Assembly: GCF_036971445.1 (NCBI RefSeq)
Contig: NC_091470.1
Span: 152,582,001 to 152,646,000, forward strand
DNA from: Narcine bancroftii
Lineage: Eukaryota
DNA: 64,000 nucleotides
Direction: 5' to 3'
This document shows positions 26,091 through 39,095 of this stretch, piece by piece (within the stretch, counting starts at the first letter, position 1; each line of letters opens with the position of its first letter). The notes below the pieces were generated by a model, which searched no databases, was not told the origin of the DNA, and saw only the letters and a list, made by a program, of their open reading frames with translations. The position numbers and the translations under genes were made by a program.

Positions 26091-26256
26091 CATTCAACAA
26101 AATTTCAGTCTTTCATTGAAATGTTACCTACAGTTTTGATATTTCCAAGAATTCAGACACAGAACATCATTTTAAAAGCAGTGTAATTATTAGTCCTTCT
26201 TTCCTTTTCATCAATGGGCAATTCCCAATGTAAGTAATGGGTTTTTTTTGTTTTAT

Positions 26257-26815
26257 GTTAGACATTAGAAACCCTAGCAAATTTCTGCAGATGTGTGGTG
26301 GAAAGTGTGCTGACCAGTGGCATCACTGGTATGGGGACACCAATGCCCGAGTGTAAAGCCCTGCAAAAGGTAATGGTCACAGCCCAGGACATCACAGGCA
26401 AAACCCTCCCCACCATTCTACAGGGAACACTCCCGTTGGAGAGCAGCAGCAACCACAACACCAAGCAAATGCTCTGTTCCTGCTGCTACCATCAGCAAAA
26501 AGGTATCGATGCCATAAGACTTGCGCCACCATGTTTGGAAACAGTTACTACCACTCCACCATCAGATTCCTCAACTACAAACTCAATCATGAACTTATTT
26601 AAGGACTCTTACTTTTGCACTTTGTTGATTTTTCCCCTCTCTGTATTGTAGTTTATTTACATTCCTTTATTTGTTTATATGAGTTATATATTGTTTTACA
26701 TTGATTCAGTGGTTTTTTTTGCACTGCCAAGAAGTGGCAATTCTTGCCTCATCTGCGGGAGAAAGAATCTCAGGGCTGTATGTGATGTCATGTCATACTC
26801 TGACACTATCTGAAA
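26257..26815 (+). mobile_element. Rex1/Babar-like LINE 3' fragment
   Basis: FCRCVVESVLTSGIT...KALQKVMVTAQDITGKTLP; typical 3' UTR aagaatctcagggctgtatgtg. Confidence 0.75.
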
Positions 26816-27334
26816 TCTAAGAAACTTCCAAGTAATATTGAAAAAGAAAAGTTTATTGAATTCTTATTTGAAGTTAGGTACACCAGGAAATTCAGTTTAG
26901 TTTTGACTTTCTAACTCAGTAGTCAGCCTCATGTAATGAGTATTTGTTGGATTTAACTGCATCAGAGTAGTTTTCCCAGCTGGAGTTACAGAGTTAGAAA
27001 AGTTGGAATTCCTTACCATCAAATATTTAATTTTTCCTTCCTGATTCATTGAGAGTAAACAATGTCTCAAAAGGGGTTGTGTGCAATGGTAGTCTTTTAT
27101 ATTTTTACAAAGGAAAACTTATTTTCTGCACACCTGTCATTGGGGAGACTGTTAATTGTTTTTCCATCCATCCCAGTACATTTAACAGAAGCAATTCTGT
27201 ATGAAGAACACCCTCATTCAAGTAATATAGTATAAAGAAAAATTTTAATAAATGTTTTCTTTCTGGGAGAGTTTCTTAAGATACAGATGCAGCCCCTTGA
27301 ACATTGAGCTATTGCTGACATCCTTCTTTGACTC

Positions 27335-27735
27335 ATGGATGGCTCTTTTGCCTCTCAGTCAGGAGCTTGTTGATCACACAAATAACCTCTTTCAAAATCT
27401 ATGCAGAAACACGTGCATCCATGAGTGAGATATGTTATCAGATATGCCATATTAACATTCATCACATTAGCCATTAATTACAATCCAATGCTAATATCTG
27501 AAAAAGAAAAATAATCTTGGGTGTCCTCACAGATATTTATACCTCAACGAAAACCAAAAAACAGATGAACTCACTGTTCCATCTTTCAATGGTTGGAGAC
27601 TGGTTACTTCATTTTGCTATGTTTTGAAATTTTCAAAAGTAATTTATATGAAGCACGTTCTATCACTTGCTCTATAAAAACAAGTTTTTTCATGACATTC
27701 CAATATGACTGGCAGTGTGACTCATTTGGGACCTC
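27335..27735 (+). mobile_element. Ancient DeuSINE-like relic
   Basis: gcctctcagtcagga head; gtgtcct...atatttatacctcaac...aaaacagat core-like motif. Confidence 0.45.
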
Positions 27736-29684
27736 TATATATCACAGGGCAGAGATTCAGTCGCTATTAATTAGTCTGGTGTCACTGGTAAAGTGAAGTA
27801 GTGAGAACAAAAAAAGGAGAAAACATTCAGGAAAATGGGTCCTGACAACATAAGAATAAAAACTGAATAAATTAAGCACCTAACAGCACAGTCCTATTTA
27901 TTAATCTACCATTGTGTGTCTCTGCATAACTTGCTCATTAAAGAAATCAGCTGATGCCTTGTGTGCTCACACACACAAAAAACCCATGAGGCAAGATGGT
28001 GAAAATGGATATTCTTGGTCGTGGTTCTAAACTATTCTTTCAAAAGAGAAACACAAATCCTCACTCTCTTTTTCTGAAGACATAGGCCCATTGAAATTCA
28101 GTTCCAGAGGACCAAGGCAGCCTTCTAGGGCCGCAAAATGGATTTTCTTCCAAATCCAACAGAGACAGCTCTCAGTACAGGGGATGATTACCTCTTCCTT
28201 GTCATCCATTCATTATTCAGAAGTCACTGAATAGTGTATTAGAGGACATTTAAAATGTGTACATCTTCATTTTTGTACAGAAGGGTCTGTACTGTCCACC
28301 CTAATGTTGTTTGTCCTTATTTGAGGTGTCCAATTAGTGCCAATTCCCTGCTCATTTTTTATTGGCATGTAAATCTTTTCTTTTCAAGTAATTTTCAATC
28401 CTCCTTTGTATCTGCTTCCACCATCCTTTTTGACAGAACATTCTGGTCCATTATAACTTGCTGCAAAAAGTGTTCTTGTGATCTTTCCTTTGTTCCTTTT
28501 GCAATTATCTTAAATCAATGCCCCTTGCTCTCCTGTCAGTGTAAAACATTCTATCTTTTTCTCTTTTGTTTATTAGAACACTGCCATAGGTGCAGGATCT
28601 TAATGACAAGGAATACCCAAATTTAGAATATTTTTAACATCAGATTTCAGATGGCAAAGGTCATTAGGATGTACAGGTGCGAGTGAGACTTACTGGAAAA
28701 CCCACTGGGAGGAAATGGAATATTATAGCACCACAATCCACAGTTAGCAAGAATTCACAATGCCAAATATAAATAATTTAGTACAAAACCTATTCTTCAA
28801 ACAATCTGGACTTTCAACTTAATAAGCACAGCAAAACACAAAACAGGTACCTAGTCAAAATGAGCAACTAATCCTTAAAGCAGTCTGTGACAAGAGCTGA
28901 TATTAAATATAGATATCATCGGGGTACAGGACACAATAAAGGAATGAGAATCAAGACTTTTAAGACTCAAGACTCAGCTATGGCGAGTGAAGAAATAAAA
29001 GTTGTTATCAGACCATTGCTATCCTAATAAGGAAGCTTTATTTCACAAAATGTATAGAAGGAGACAGTATGAATAGTATCACTGATATTTATTATTAAGT
29101 CTAAGTCATGGCCCATTGAGAGAAAACTTACTGATGATAAAAAGAAAACTAGTTCCCTTTTGGAGCTCCAGATTCAAATGGTGGGGAGGGTAAACAACTA
29201 CTGAGAAAAACCATTTAAAAAAATAACAGGGGTAAAAGAAGATGGGCTATAGCTCAGGTACAAGATCAGGAAAAACAGCTTCTGTATGTGCTATTCAACC
29301 ATGGCTCAGAAATAGGATCAGGGTTTTTTTTTAAACTCATTTATAAGTACTATTCAGGCAGTTCATCACTCAGTGCCTCTTTGCTGTCATTAGTGCCTGT
29401 CAGCAATTCATATCTGCAATTTAATGAAGTCTTCTTTTGTTGCAATGCTAATAAAGACCAATGGATAGGCTATTTTCTTCTGCTCTACACACTTTTGAGA
29501 CAATTTAACTTTTTTTTTAATATGAATCATGTGAGATGTCAACCTGTTATCAGCAGATGGGAATAATTGGAAAATATTATACATGTTTTCAAATTCTTAC
29601 TATGAGTTACAAAAAATACTGAAATGTTCACTTAGACGGTAAGACCCTAACCCTTACCCACCAGTGAATGAAGAAAAACACTAA

Positions 29685-29780
29685 AGTAACCATGGTTGAA
29701 ATTTTAAAAAAAACAATGCTGTAGAAACTCAGCAGGTCAAACTGCAGTTTATATAGCAAAGAAAGAGATACAAAATCAAA
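29685..29780 (-). mobile_element. Penelope terminal fragment
   Basis: ccatggttga...gaaactcagcaggtcaaac...tttatatagcaaaga, shared with 53280-54350. Confidence 0.65.
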
Positions 29781-31309
29781 ATTATGATTGAGTTGGCTTT
29801 GTTCAGAAGAATGAAGAACTGCCAAAATAGTTGGATTTTTATTCATGTGGTATTGGTTTGGATGTAGGCAATTGCTTTGTACCTGTTGAGATTGAATAAT
29901 ATAGAGGACCTGAAAATAATTACTAAGTGACTTGACATCGATGCAGCATTAATCAATTATTTCTGTTAAATAAACTCGAAATAGATTTTGGAAGATCACA
30001 GCAAGATCTTCACTGAAAACAGGGACAGAAATTTTGAGTCCACTTGACTAAAATCAGTACTGAATGAAAGATTGCTGAAAATATTAACCAACTATTTATT
30101 AATACTAACCACAGACATCATGTGCTGAGCATCCTGCATTGCAGGTCCTCACCTCTTAAGCCACCAACCCAAAGATTGCTCAGATCACATACTTCAGACT
30201 ACAATCTGTCAAGGATGAGAACCTTGATGGCAACTGAAAGCCAAAACAATGCACATGATCTTCTGCACAACACATCTCAAAGGCAACATCAAATAGGTAT
30301 TCGGCATTCAGGGAACTGAGTATTTCAGAACTTGGCTTGTTGACAAGATACAATTCAATAGATTCCTGAATCTTCTCATCATTCACTTTCGCACTTCCAC
30401 ACTCTATAGGTGCTGAGGATGCAGAACATAATGCCACTGTTCCATCTTGAGCCTGCAAAGCACAAGTCAATTTGCAATAAAATCTCTCACTGTTGTAAAG
30501 GTAGCACATTGTAGCATTCTGCTGCTCAAGAATACCTCTGCTCCAAAACATTTTGGTAAAAATACACAGAAATGTGGGAGAGGTATGTGGTTGTACAACA
30601 ATGTGGACTTTCGTGTCAATGCTCATGATAAAATAAGTTGAGCTGCCTTTAATGCACATTTTATCTAATCTGAGATGATACATAATAAAATGAACCACAT
30701 ATAAAAGCTACTTTGAGAAATTCTACCACATCGTAATTTGAAGCAGGACCTCCCACAAATGGATTGGCCACATTAAGATTACTGCCGAAAGGGAAGTTGG
30801 AGCAATACTAAAAGAAGAAAAATTATTTGTGATTTTTTTTTAATGGTTTTGGTAAACTCAATTTATTGCATCATTTATCATTAAAATATTCTCTGAAAAA
30901 AATAATCAGGTGTCATTGACTGTAAGTTATTCTGAAGCTTATACCGAATTAATCACCAGTGTCCGATCTTTCCTGGGGCTCAGCTTAGCCATTAAATCAC
31001 TCATCGAGTGCAAGCTCATGATCGATTCAATTTGAACAAAAGGACAGTATCTCAATCTGAGGATTGGGTAACAGCAGGCTCATCCAAACCCACATAATTT
31101 CACGAAGTCCCACTGCAGCAAGTTCCATCTGTGACAAGGGACAGATGGTTCACAGGAGACCAAAAATGTTAAACCGCCTGAATTACATTGTCCACTTCTC
31201 CGCATTAGTTATCATACTTTCTTAAAAATAAAGTTAATGCTCTCATCTTTAGAATGTTGTCTCGAACAACAATTTATTTATTAAAGAATTGTTGGCATGA
31301 TCAGCATTT

Positions 31310-33375
31310 TTTCTGTTTGCCTGCTTCCACCTGTCACTCCTTTTTATATTGGCTATTCTCAGTCATGATGCAGGTTCTCACCCAAAAGCAGACAATTCCT
31401 TTCTCCTCCACCACTCCCACAGAAGCTGCTCAATTCACTGGATTCCTCTAGCAGATTGTTTTTTCTACAGGCTCCAGCATCTGTTATCTCCAAAGTTTCC
31501 ATTTTATTACTCTTCTGTGAAGACTCTTCAGAGCATGCTGACTTTGAAGAGGTTTTCTTGCTCTTACAGCAGGAGTTCTGTGGAGGCACTTCCATTGCTC
31601 CCCTCTGCCATTTCTACTGCTCTCCTACTCTTCCACAATATTCTTGCTAAGAATTTCTATTGCGATCACATCCTTCCTCAGTACTCATTTTCACGTCATC
31701 TTGCCATGTGTGGCTTCCAGTTCCAGGCCTCCCAATTTTTCCCCAACCAGGAACTCAGAAACATACATCCCATTTATCACTGCTCCCAACAGTTGTACAT
31801 CTGTGTTCGATGCTCTATCATTTCTACCATACTTCACTTTCTTCCAGCTCTTTCTTTTTCTTTCCTTCTGCTCCAGGCCACACTTACCCAAATGAGCTGG
31901 GGTCCACTTTTCTTCCTCTGCCAAATTAATTCCTTCAACCAGCAATTTTTCTTTATCCTGTCACCTGTGAATATCTGAAACACACCCAATTCCAGGCTTC
32001 CAATGCTCTGTAGAAGTCCCCTTGCCCCTTCCTCTCTCCTGCCCAAATTAAAGCTCCTGAAATCCACCAGTGTCATCTCACTCTCCCACATGTCCTGAGA
32101 GTCCCAACACCCTGTGGGTCTTGCTCCTCTGCCCAACTTTCCACTAACCTCAAATTGCATCTCCCAAACACCATTTATCCTTCCTCTTTCCCTCATTCTC
32201 CAGAGCTTCCTCTCCCCATTCCCCTCTTCTGACTCTTGTACAAGCTCCATCTCTGCTGGGTCTTCATCATTTAACCCAAGCTCCCCTCTCTGATTCTGAG
32301 CTGTCAGTTTTCAGCAGAGGCCTCACATTTGAACCCCTGCACCTCAACAATTTCCATATCTGTCACTGTATCAAGCTCTTCTTCTATTTCCTCTCCCTTC
32401 ATGCCTATATCTGTGGCAAAGATTCTCACCACGCACACCACTGATGATCCCTCTCCAACATCTAGACATGGGCACAGCCAATCTAATCTTGCAGAAGCAA
32501 GATGGCAGTTCATGGACATCTCCTCATAACTACCTCTTGATCATGGCTAAACCAACAAACATCATGGCATATTATTACTTCATGAGATTTCCCCTCTAAC
32601 CTGATTGTATCCCAACCCCACACTTTGAGTCTTTACGTAAGATCCATAAATAGGGAAGACTGGTATGTATAGTTTCAGTCTGCTTTTGTCCCAAGGAACT
32701 TATCTCCCTTCACTCTGACTCAATCCTGCCTATTCACACCTGCATACAGGACAATCTTTTGACAACTTTCAATTTCCTGGCCCTCACTGCCTCATCTTCA
32801 CTACATCTGCCCAGTCCTATGAGGAATATCTTAAAACTCTCTGCTTTTTTCTGCAACAAAGATTCAAACAACTAACCTCCTCAAATGTACCCATCTGAAA
32901 TGTCTCCTTAATTTATAAATGATTTCCCTTCATCTATGCTTTATTTCATCTCTAGATCTGCTGTCATCCTCTTGGTTAAAAAAAAAACCCCACAGATAGT
33001 GTTCACCTCGCCCACCACCACGTTGGCCTTCATAGCCAGCATATCCTTCATCATTTGCACCATATGCAATAGGATCCCACCACTAGTTTAACCTTTCCCT
33101 TCCAACCTCTTTCCACCTTCTGCAGGGATCACTCTTTGCACGATTCCCTGATCTGCTCATCCCTCCCCACCTTGCTGTAACTAGGAAGTGCCACACTTAT
33201 TCTTGCATTTCTTCCCTCACAACCACCATCCCAGATGAATGACATGCACCTCCTCTTTCTGTCTTCTGCATTCTGTGTTCCCATGCCTCATTGAGACCAA
33301 AGCTAAGATGGGGCAACTAACTTGTAAAGTACTCAGTCTAAGTGGTCATCCCAAGTTTCTGGTTGCATGCCATTC
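31310..33375 (+). mobile_element. Old, highly degenerate Penelope-like region
   Basis: Terminal motif at 31350-31490; around 32630-32710 a KIHK...IVS.C.CP.EL.S-like RT segment; pyrimidine-rich; GIY-YIG-like end about 33240-33370. Confidence 0.55.
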
Positions 33376-34618
33376 CAGGGTAATGCACAGAGAACTTTAA
33401 GGCAGTTGGAATGAATCTGTTGCCATAGTTTTTCTTGGTCATGGAGACCAAAAGTTACAGCTATCATCAGAATGCTAACAAGTTTTTTGAGTGAATCTTG
33501 TAAATGACACATATTGTAGTAGTACACCAGTCATGGATGAAAAGTATGTTTATGATGGTGGATGGAGTGCCAATCAATTGAACTCCTTTTTTCTGATGGT
33601 CCAAAGCTTCTTGGATATTAACAGAATTGAAATTATCCAGGTAATCAATCACACTCATTTAATATTTAAGATTTATAGTGAGGTTTCCATTTTGCGTTGA
33701 GTCCGACAACAAAGAAAAGCATACATTGAACCTGGCTAACTATTAAGTGTCTGTTAAAAAACAATTCTATTTTATTCTGCGCATGTTAAATCTTGGTCAC
33801 TGGAACTGTGAGGCAGCCACCAAAAAAAAAGAAAACAAATCTGATCTATCCAGTCCCTTAGTTTGATTAACTGTTTACCTACCAATAGATAATAACTAGA
33901 GTTCAGAGCAATAAAGGAAAATTAGGGATGAACTTTTTGTTCTCCAAAGAAATAATTTGCTATTGAATGAATAAGCTCAGATGTACCAGAAAATGCATTT
34001 TTGAAATTGAGAGATGTGGTTCAAACTCTGGTTCAAGTCTATCAATTGGTATGATCTTCCACAGCCCTTGGTTAAACCTGAACATGTGTAAAGCACACCT
34101 CTTTACTTTATCATGCCTTGTTCAATAATGATAAATACTAATCAAAAGTTGCATACACCCGAATTGCCTTAACAAAGCTAATTTACAATATAGATCCAGA
34201 GTACTCCTTCCAGAAGGATCAACAGATTGAGCCATTAAATATTAGCCACCACATGAAATATTGGCAACCATCAAATTAATAAGATGCATATTTTACCTGA
34301 CTTGCAGCAAGATTACATTCAGGGTGCAAGTTGTGATTATTCAAGATCAGATTGTGAAGTCAGTGCAGTGACAAAGCTTGGTCATGAAAAATGATTTCTG
34401 CAGGCTGTCCTGGATTTGTATCTCCATTTTTACCTCAGGACTACAATTTGATAAAAGTGTCCAGAAAAAAATACTTAGGAGTTTATTTTCACTGCTAACA
34501 TTGAAAATATAAAATAGAGCCATTGATGCTGCTTGTCATAATAAGCGCTTCTTATAATTTCTGAATATATTTCATATTTCCTATATCTGGAGTTTTTCGC
34601 TCCAGCAATGGAAACTCA

Positions 34619-34622
<4 letters not shown>

Positions 34623-34649
<27 letters not shown>
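34623..34649. repeat. (TA)n microsatellite
   Basis: Direct reading. Confidence 0.95.
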
Positions 34650-34653
<4 letters not shown>

Positions 34654-34656
34654 ATA

Positions 34657-34958
34657 TGTGGCAGCTCACCATGAGGCAGGCGAACCGGCTCCGCTTGTAA
34701 GCCACGCAGCGGGGGCAGCTGACGGTCGGGGTTGTTCCCTTCCTCCCAGCACGGGGCTCAAATCCCCCGCTGGGGGACCATGTGACGTCCAGGTGACGTC
34801 AGCGCCCTCCAGCACGGTTCTCAGCCAGGTCCGGGCTGGGAATATCAGTACAGCCCAGCAGCCTGCAATAAACTAGTCTGCTCACTGAGCTCAACCCGTC
34901 TGGTTGTGTGCGTTCTTCCAGGAGCAGTGTAGCTGCCGCTACAATTGGTGACCCTGAC
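34657..34958 (+). mobile_element. Young 287-bp LTR (Gypsy-like) followed by a partial tRNA-Trp-type primer-binding site
   Basis: TGTGGCAGC...GCCGCTACA (34657-34943); AATAAA 34867-34872; TGACGTCA 34794-34801; TGGTGACCCTGAC at 34946-34958; CpG-rich. Confidence 0.85.
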
Positions 34959-35149
34959 TGCATATCCATATATATAGAACAGCTGTAGAGGCATGGAATT
35001 GTTCCAACATAAGGGGAATTTAGTCCATCAAGTTCAAGCAAGATCCTGGCATTGCAACCCTGCCTGCTCTACCCCTTCATTTTCTCCCATAATTCTGCAA
35101 ATTATCCAAGCACTATCCATACAAGCAATGATATTAGTTTCTTAATTAT

Positions 35150-35465
35150 TCTCTGATGACCTTCCGTTGAGACGAGGAAAATTGCTCATGAAGTACCAAT
35201 GTTTCTTTCTCCAATTTCTTTTGAAGAACGTGTCTCTTTCACTTGCGATATTAAACAATTGCTTTTCTGATATCTCATGCATATAAAAGAATCCACAGGA
35301 CGACTTTAAGAGCAATGGAGTTGTCTCGCCTCAACTAATATCCTCAGAGATTATCTGTTGTGTATCATATCAAGGGTCTTGTTTCTTGCAAGTTGCTGTG
35401 CATTTCCTGTAACACAAGCAACATTACAGTCACTTTCAATAAGAATCTACAATAAATTTGGCAAC
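35150..35465 (+). mobile_element. Ancient DeuSINE-like relic
   Basis: atataaaagaatcc...cctcaactaatatc...gattatctg...gcatttcct...ttacagtcactttcaa. Confidence 0.45.
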
Positions 35466-36379
35466 TTATACAATTATAATGTAAACTATTTAAGTTGTTT
35501 TCTTCTACAAATTACCTATTTAACTAAAGAAAGTGAGAATTTCAGACATATGTACATTGTATGTGTGTGCATGACTATAAACTCGTAATCATTATCAAAT
35601 AGTAGAATTCCTTAGTTGGCAAATCCCAAAGAAAATAATAGCAAGCTTCAGAGAAGTAATCAAAATTCACTCATGTGTCACATTGATTAAATTCCCAACT
35701 CATAGGAAGACAGATTTCTTAATGTTTGAAGATAATCATATAATTAGTCACATTTTAAAAAATGATATTTTATGTGCATTGTGTGATATTAATATTTTTA
35801 ATGTCCACTATTTTTAAATTAGGCATCTACTTGCAAGATGCTTAAGAGCCAAAAACATATCATTTACAAATTCCAATTGCGTTGATGCATGGAAACATGT
35901 CCCAATAACTTTGGGTGAACAGTCCTTTGATTTTACTGGTAAAGTGAGTATCATTACTTCCTTTTCTCCCCTTGTAAGTGCTGTTCAATAAAGTTTTAAA
36001 TAGTGAAGCAATTTTGGCCTAAGTTTTAAAAAATATGAAAACTGCGATATAAGTGCCAAGTGTTCAAATATTCTGGAGAAAGGTTTACATGTACCTGAAT
36101 GCCCTGCTGTACCATGTGCTGGCAGCCTTGGTTTATGATTGACCATTTCCTCAGATACTGGAGGGCAAAGTGGTCACCTTAACTTAACAACATCACAAAC
36201 TCAACATGATAGCAACTCACAAAAAAGCCCCTACTTTTGCACACTCCAACAGTTTAACTATGAAACTAGGGGTTTCAATTAACATAGGACTGTTAATTTG
36301 ACATATCAGTGAAAACAAGAATCATGCGAGAAGTGCAAGAATCTAGTAGCTTCCCATTAAGATATTTTCCATAATAATG

Positions 36380-36760
36380 TTGTTGCAAAGCCCCAATCTT
36401 CTTTGTTAATGTCCTGCAGAAGTGGAAATCTACCAATTTTACTGTCTGGTCTCTATGTGACTCCAGACCACCAAGAAAGAGTTTGGCCTTTAACTACCTT
36501 TTGCTTTTATCCTAACAGCAATATTGAAATGCATCAGTAAAACTGCATGACCACCAGATATTAATCAAGGCATCAAATTTGGAAAAGACAAAATTGCTCT
36601 CAGCACAGTTGATTCTGCCTTGACACAATCGTGATGTTCAAGTTGGAAGAACTATACTATGGAACAGTCAGGCAATATTCGGGCAATCATTATGAACATA
36701 CACTCGCTGCTCATTACAATCCTTCAATATATCTTAGAATTCCAGTAGACAGAGTCATTG
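36380..36760 (+). mobile_element. Old chondrichthyan SINE/LINE 5' fragment
   Basis: taatgtcc..ggaaatctacc..gtctggtctctatgtgactccagacc motif recalled from shark repeats; family not determined. Confidence 0.4.
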
Positions 36761-37894
36761 TAGAAGGTAAGCATAAAGGAACATGGATGGGAGAGGGTAG
36801 TCTTCAGTCTTCATCATTGACTCACAATCCCATAAATTCTCACAGCATCAGGTCAAACATAAGAAAAAAAAGCTTCCTCCTGATTACCACCTTCTGTGGT
36901 CTCAAAACTAATCATTTATTTATATGAAGCAACATTTGACAGAAAGCATAAAGGCTACAGAGTGTACTAAATAAATAATGCAAAAATTAGAAGCCGAAGT
37001 TAGCCATCTGACCCTTTGAGCATACTCTGCCATTCATTGAGATCAGGCCTGTTCTTCCACCTCCGCTCCATTTTCTTCCACTAATCCAAGAAATGGCAGG
37101 CTCCAGCATGTGAACGTTAACATAGATGAAGTATTTCAAATTATATTCAACTCCAAGAGCTAGGTGAATAATCTATCTTTAAGTGTAATAATTTCGGTCA
37201 GTGCCAATGGGGGAGGGGGGCATTCAAAGGCACAGCCCCCTCTTGCAAGGTCCATGGCTCACCATTAGATGCCCCTGCCACTAGCATGCATTAAGTGTCA
37301 CTAGCATTTAGCTTGACGTACATTAGTGACTCTCCACGCAATAAAAGCCTGTTACATCAGAGGGATGGAGGTTTACTTTAGCTTGGGTGCTAGGCCCCCC
37401 AAACCACAGCTACCCCCCCCTCAGCTGAGCGAGTTTATGACTGTCAGACTGTGCCCCACCCAGTTACCCTCGACCCTGGTTATATTTATTTACTAAAATA
37501 AAATGAAAACAAAGCCATCTTTTTTTGGGCATCCCCTGTTGAAAAAAGAACAGCATGCCTTATAAAAGCCAATGCCTTATTTCAGCATGCTTCTCTGTGT
37601 GGTGGAATGGTAACCATATTATAAGTAAGTCATGAGTCATAAATTGCTTCAAAGCAATTTTGGATCAGTTATTAAAGGTGTGAACAAGTATGACTAATAT
37701 TATCAAGTTGTCTTTTCTTGGGAAACTGAAAATCATGTCGACATAATTTTTCTGAACTCCTATTTAGTTGGTGAGAACTGATTAAATTTGAATACTTTCA
37801 AAACAATAGTTTGGAAATTACAAATCTTTGCAGGTTTGACACTAAACTGCCAATTTCCAAGGTGCTTTAATGGGTCTTTTTTCTTGCTTTTTAA

Positions 37895-38735
37895 TAATGT
37901 CACCAAGGAGCTTATTGTTGTTCAGGAAAGGGAGACCAAAGGGCCACATAGCTCTCCTCATTGATGGGATGGAGGTGGAGAGTTTCAGCATCTTCAGTTT
38001 CCTGGGTCAATATTTCAGAAGATCTCTGTGGAGGCAGCACATCAAGGCAACTATGAAGAAGGCACACAAATGCCTTGACTTACTAAGCAGTCTGAGAAGA
38101 TTTGGCATGTGGTCAAATACTCCAACAATCTTCGACAGATGCACTGTGGAAAGTATACTGATTGGTTACATCACAGCCTGATTTGCTCATTCGAATGCCC
38201 AGGAAAGCAAACACAGCCAGGCCTACCACAGGCTCGGTCATCCCCTCCAATGAAAAAAATCTATGGGGACACAACCTCAACAGCATCATAAAAAAAAACA
38301 TGTCATCCTGGTTCCCACTTCAGTTAAAACAGTGGATCTCAATCCCCCACACACATATATCCCCTTATGGTGTAGGATGCCAAAGATGCTCTGTGGTTAG
38401 TAAGGGATTACTTAAGGTGGTATGTGAGTGGGGAAAAAACCCACTGGGTTAGAAGGTACAGAAGCCTGAAGACCAGAGCCTCTGCGTGCAAGCAGTTTCT
38501 TTCCGACTGCCATCCAGTTCTTGAACTTCCCCTTTCTACACTAATCACAGACAGCTCCAACACCACAATGGGAACACCATTTTTTTTCTTGCTCCATAGC
38601 AATTGCAAATATTTATTATCTAACTTTCATATTTATTACCTTTTTAATGTACACTATTGTAGTTTTTATGAAGTATCTGTTAAGTTGCAACAAGTAAGAA
38701 TTTTGATGCATTATTCAATGTGTATGACACTAATA
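37895..38735 (+). mobile_element. Rex1/Babar-like LINE fragment
   Basis: IDGMEVE...FLG...KKAHKCL.LL.SLRRFGM...DRCTVESIL.G.ITA. Confidence 0.82.
38330..38446. mobile_element. Solo hAT mini-MITE inserted in Rex1
   Basis: cagtggatctcaa...aacccactg; TSD agttaaaa/ggttagaa (6/8 match); related to the arms of 1271-1645. Confidence 0.72.
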
Positions 38736-38914
38736 TCCTTATCATATTGTGTTTGTATAAAATTGTTGGCTAAAAACCAGATTCATGCTCATTTCAATCC
38801 TGCAATCTGCATGAAATAAACACTGCAGATCCATCCCAAGATCTGGAACACCAATAACATAGCAGTTGGGAGATCCTGTAGTGTTAACAATTTCAATTAT
38901 ATGGTACTTCCCAC

Positions 38915-39095
38915 CACCACAGGACACTCCAAAGCACTTTTCATCACAGGAAATCTATTTTTTATGTGCAGTCATTGTTGTAATCTAAGAAATACTGCAC
39001 AGCAAGACCCCATCTGCAGCAATGTAATCACGATCAGATGACTGAACATAGCTGCATTGACTGAGGGATAAATTTTCAACAAGACACTGGATAAA
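38915..39095 (-). mobile_element. DeuSINE-like relic
   Basis: ccaaagcacttt...gtcattgttgtaat...gcacagcaagaccc...tgagggataaat...gacactgg. Confidence 0.6.

Noticed and set aside
30240-30540. Possible Harbinger transposase relic on the plus strand
   Set aside because: Only a vague VFGI-like similarity; no DDE motifs or TIRs seen.
31349-32529. Cluster of overlapping 70-209 aa ORFs
   Set aside because: Pyrimidine-skewed decayed retroelement sequence gives few stop codons; no coherent protein.
37200-37480. Two small CAG...CTG GC-rich segments as hAT MITEs
   Set aside because: TIRs are too short and no TSD could be confirmed.
37870-38181. ORF resembling the 'ALKBH8 N-terminal/DUF1891' domain
   Set aside because: This motif is the Rex1 LINE C-terminal region, repeated and frameshifted at 26.3 and 51.3 kb.
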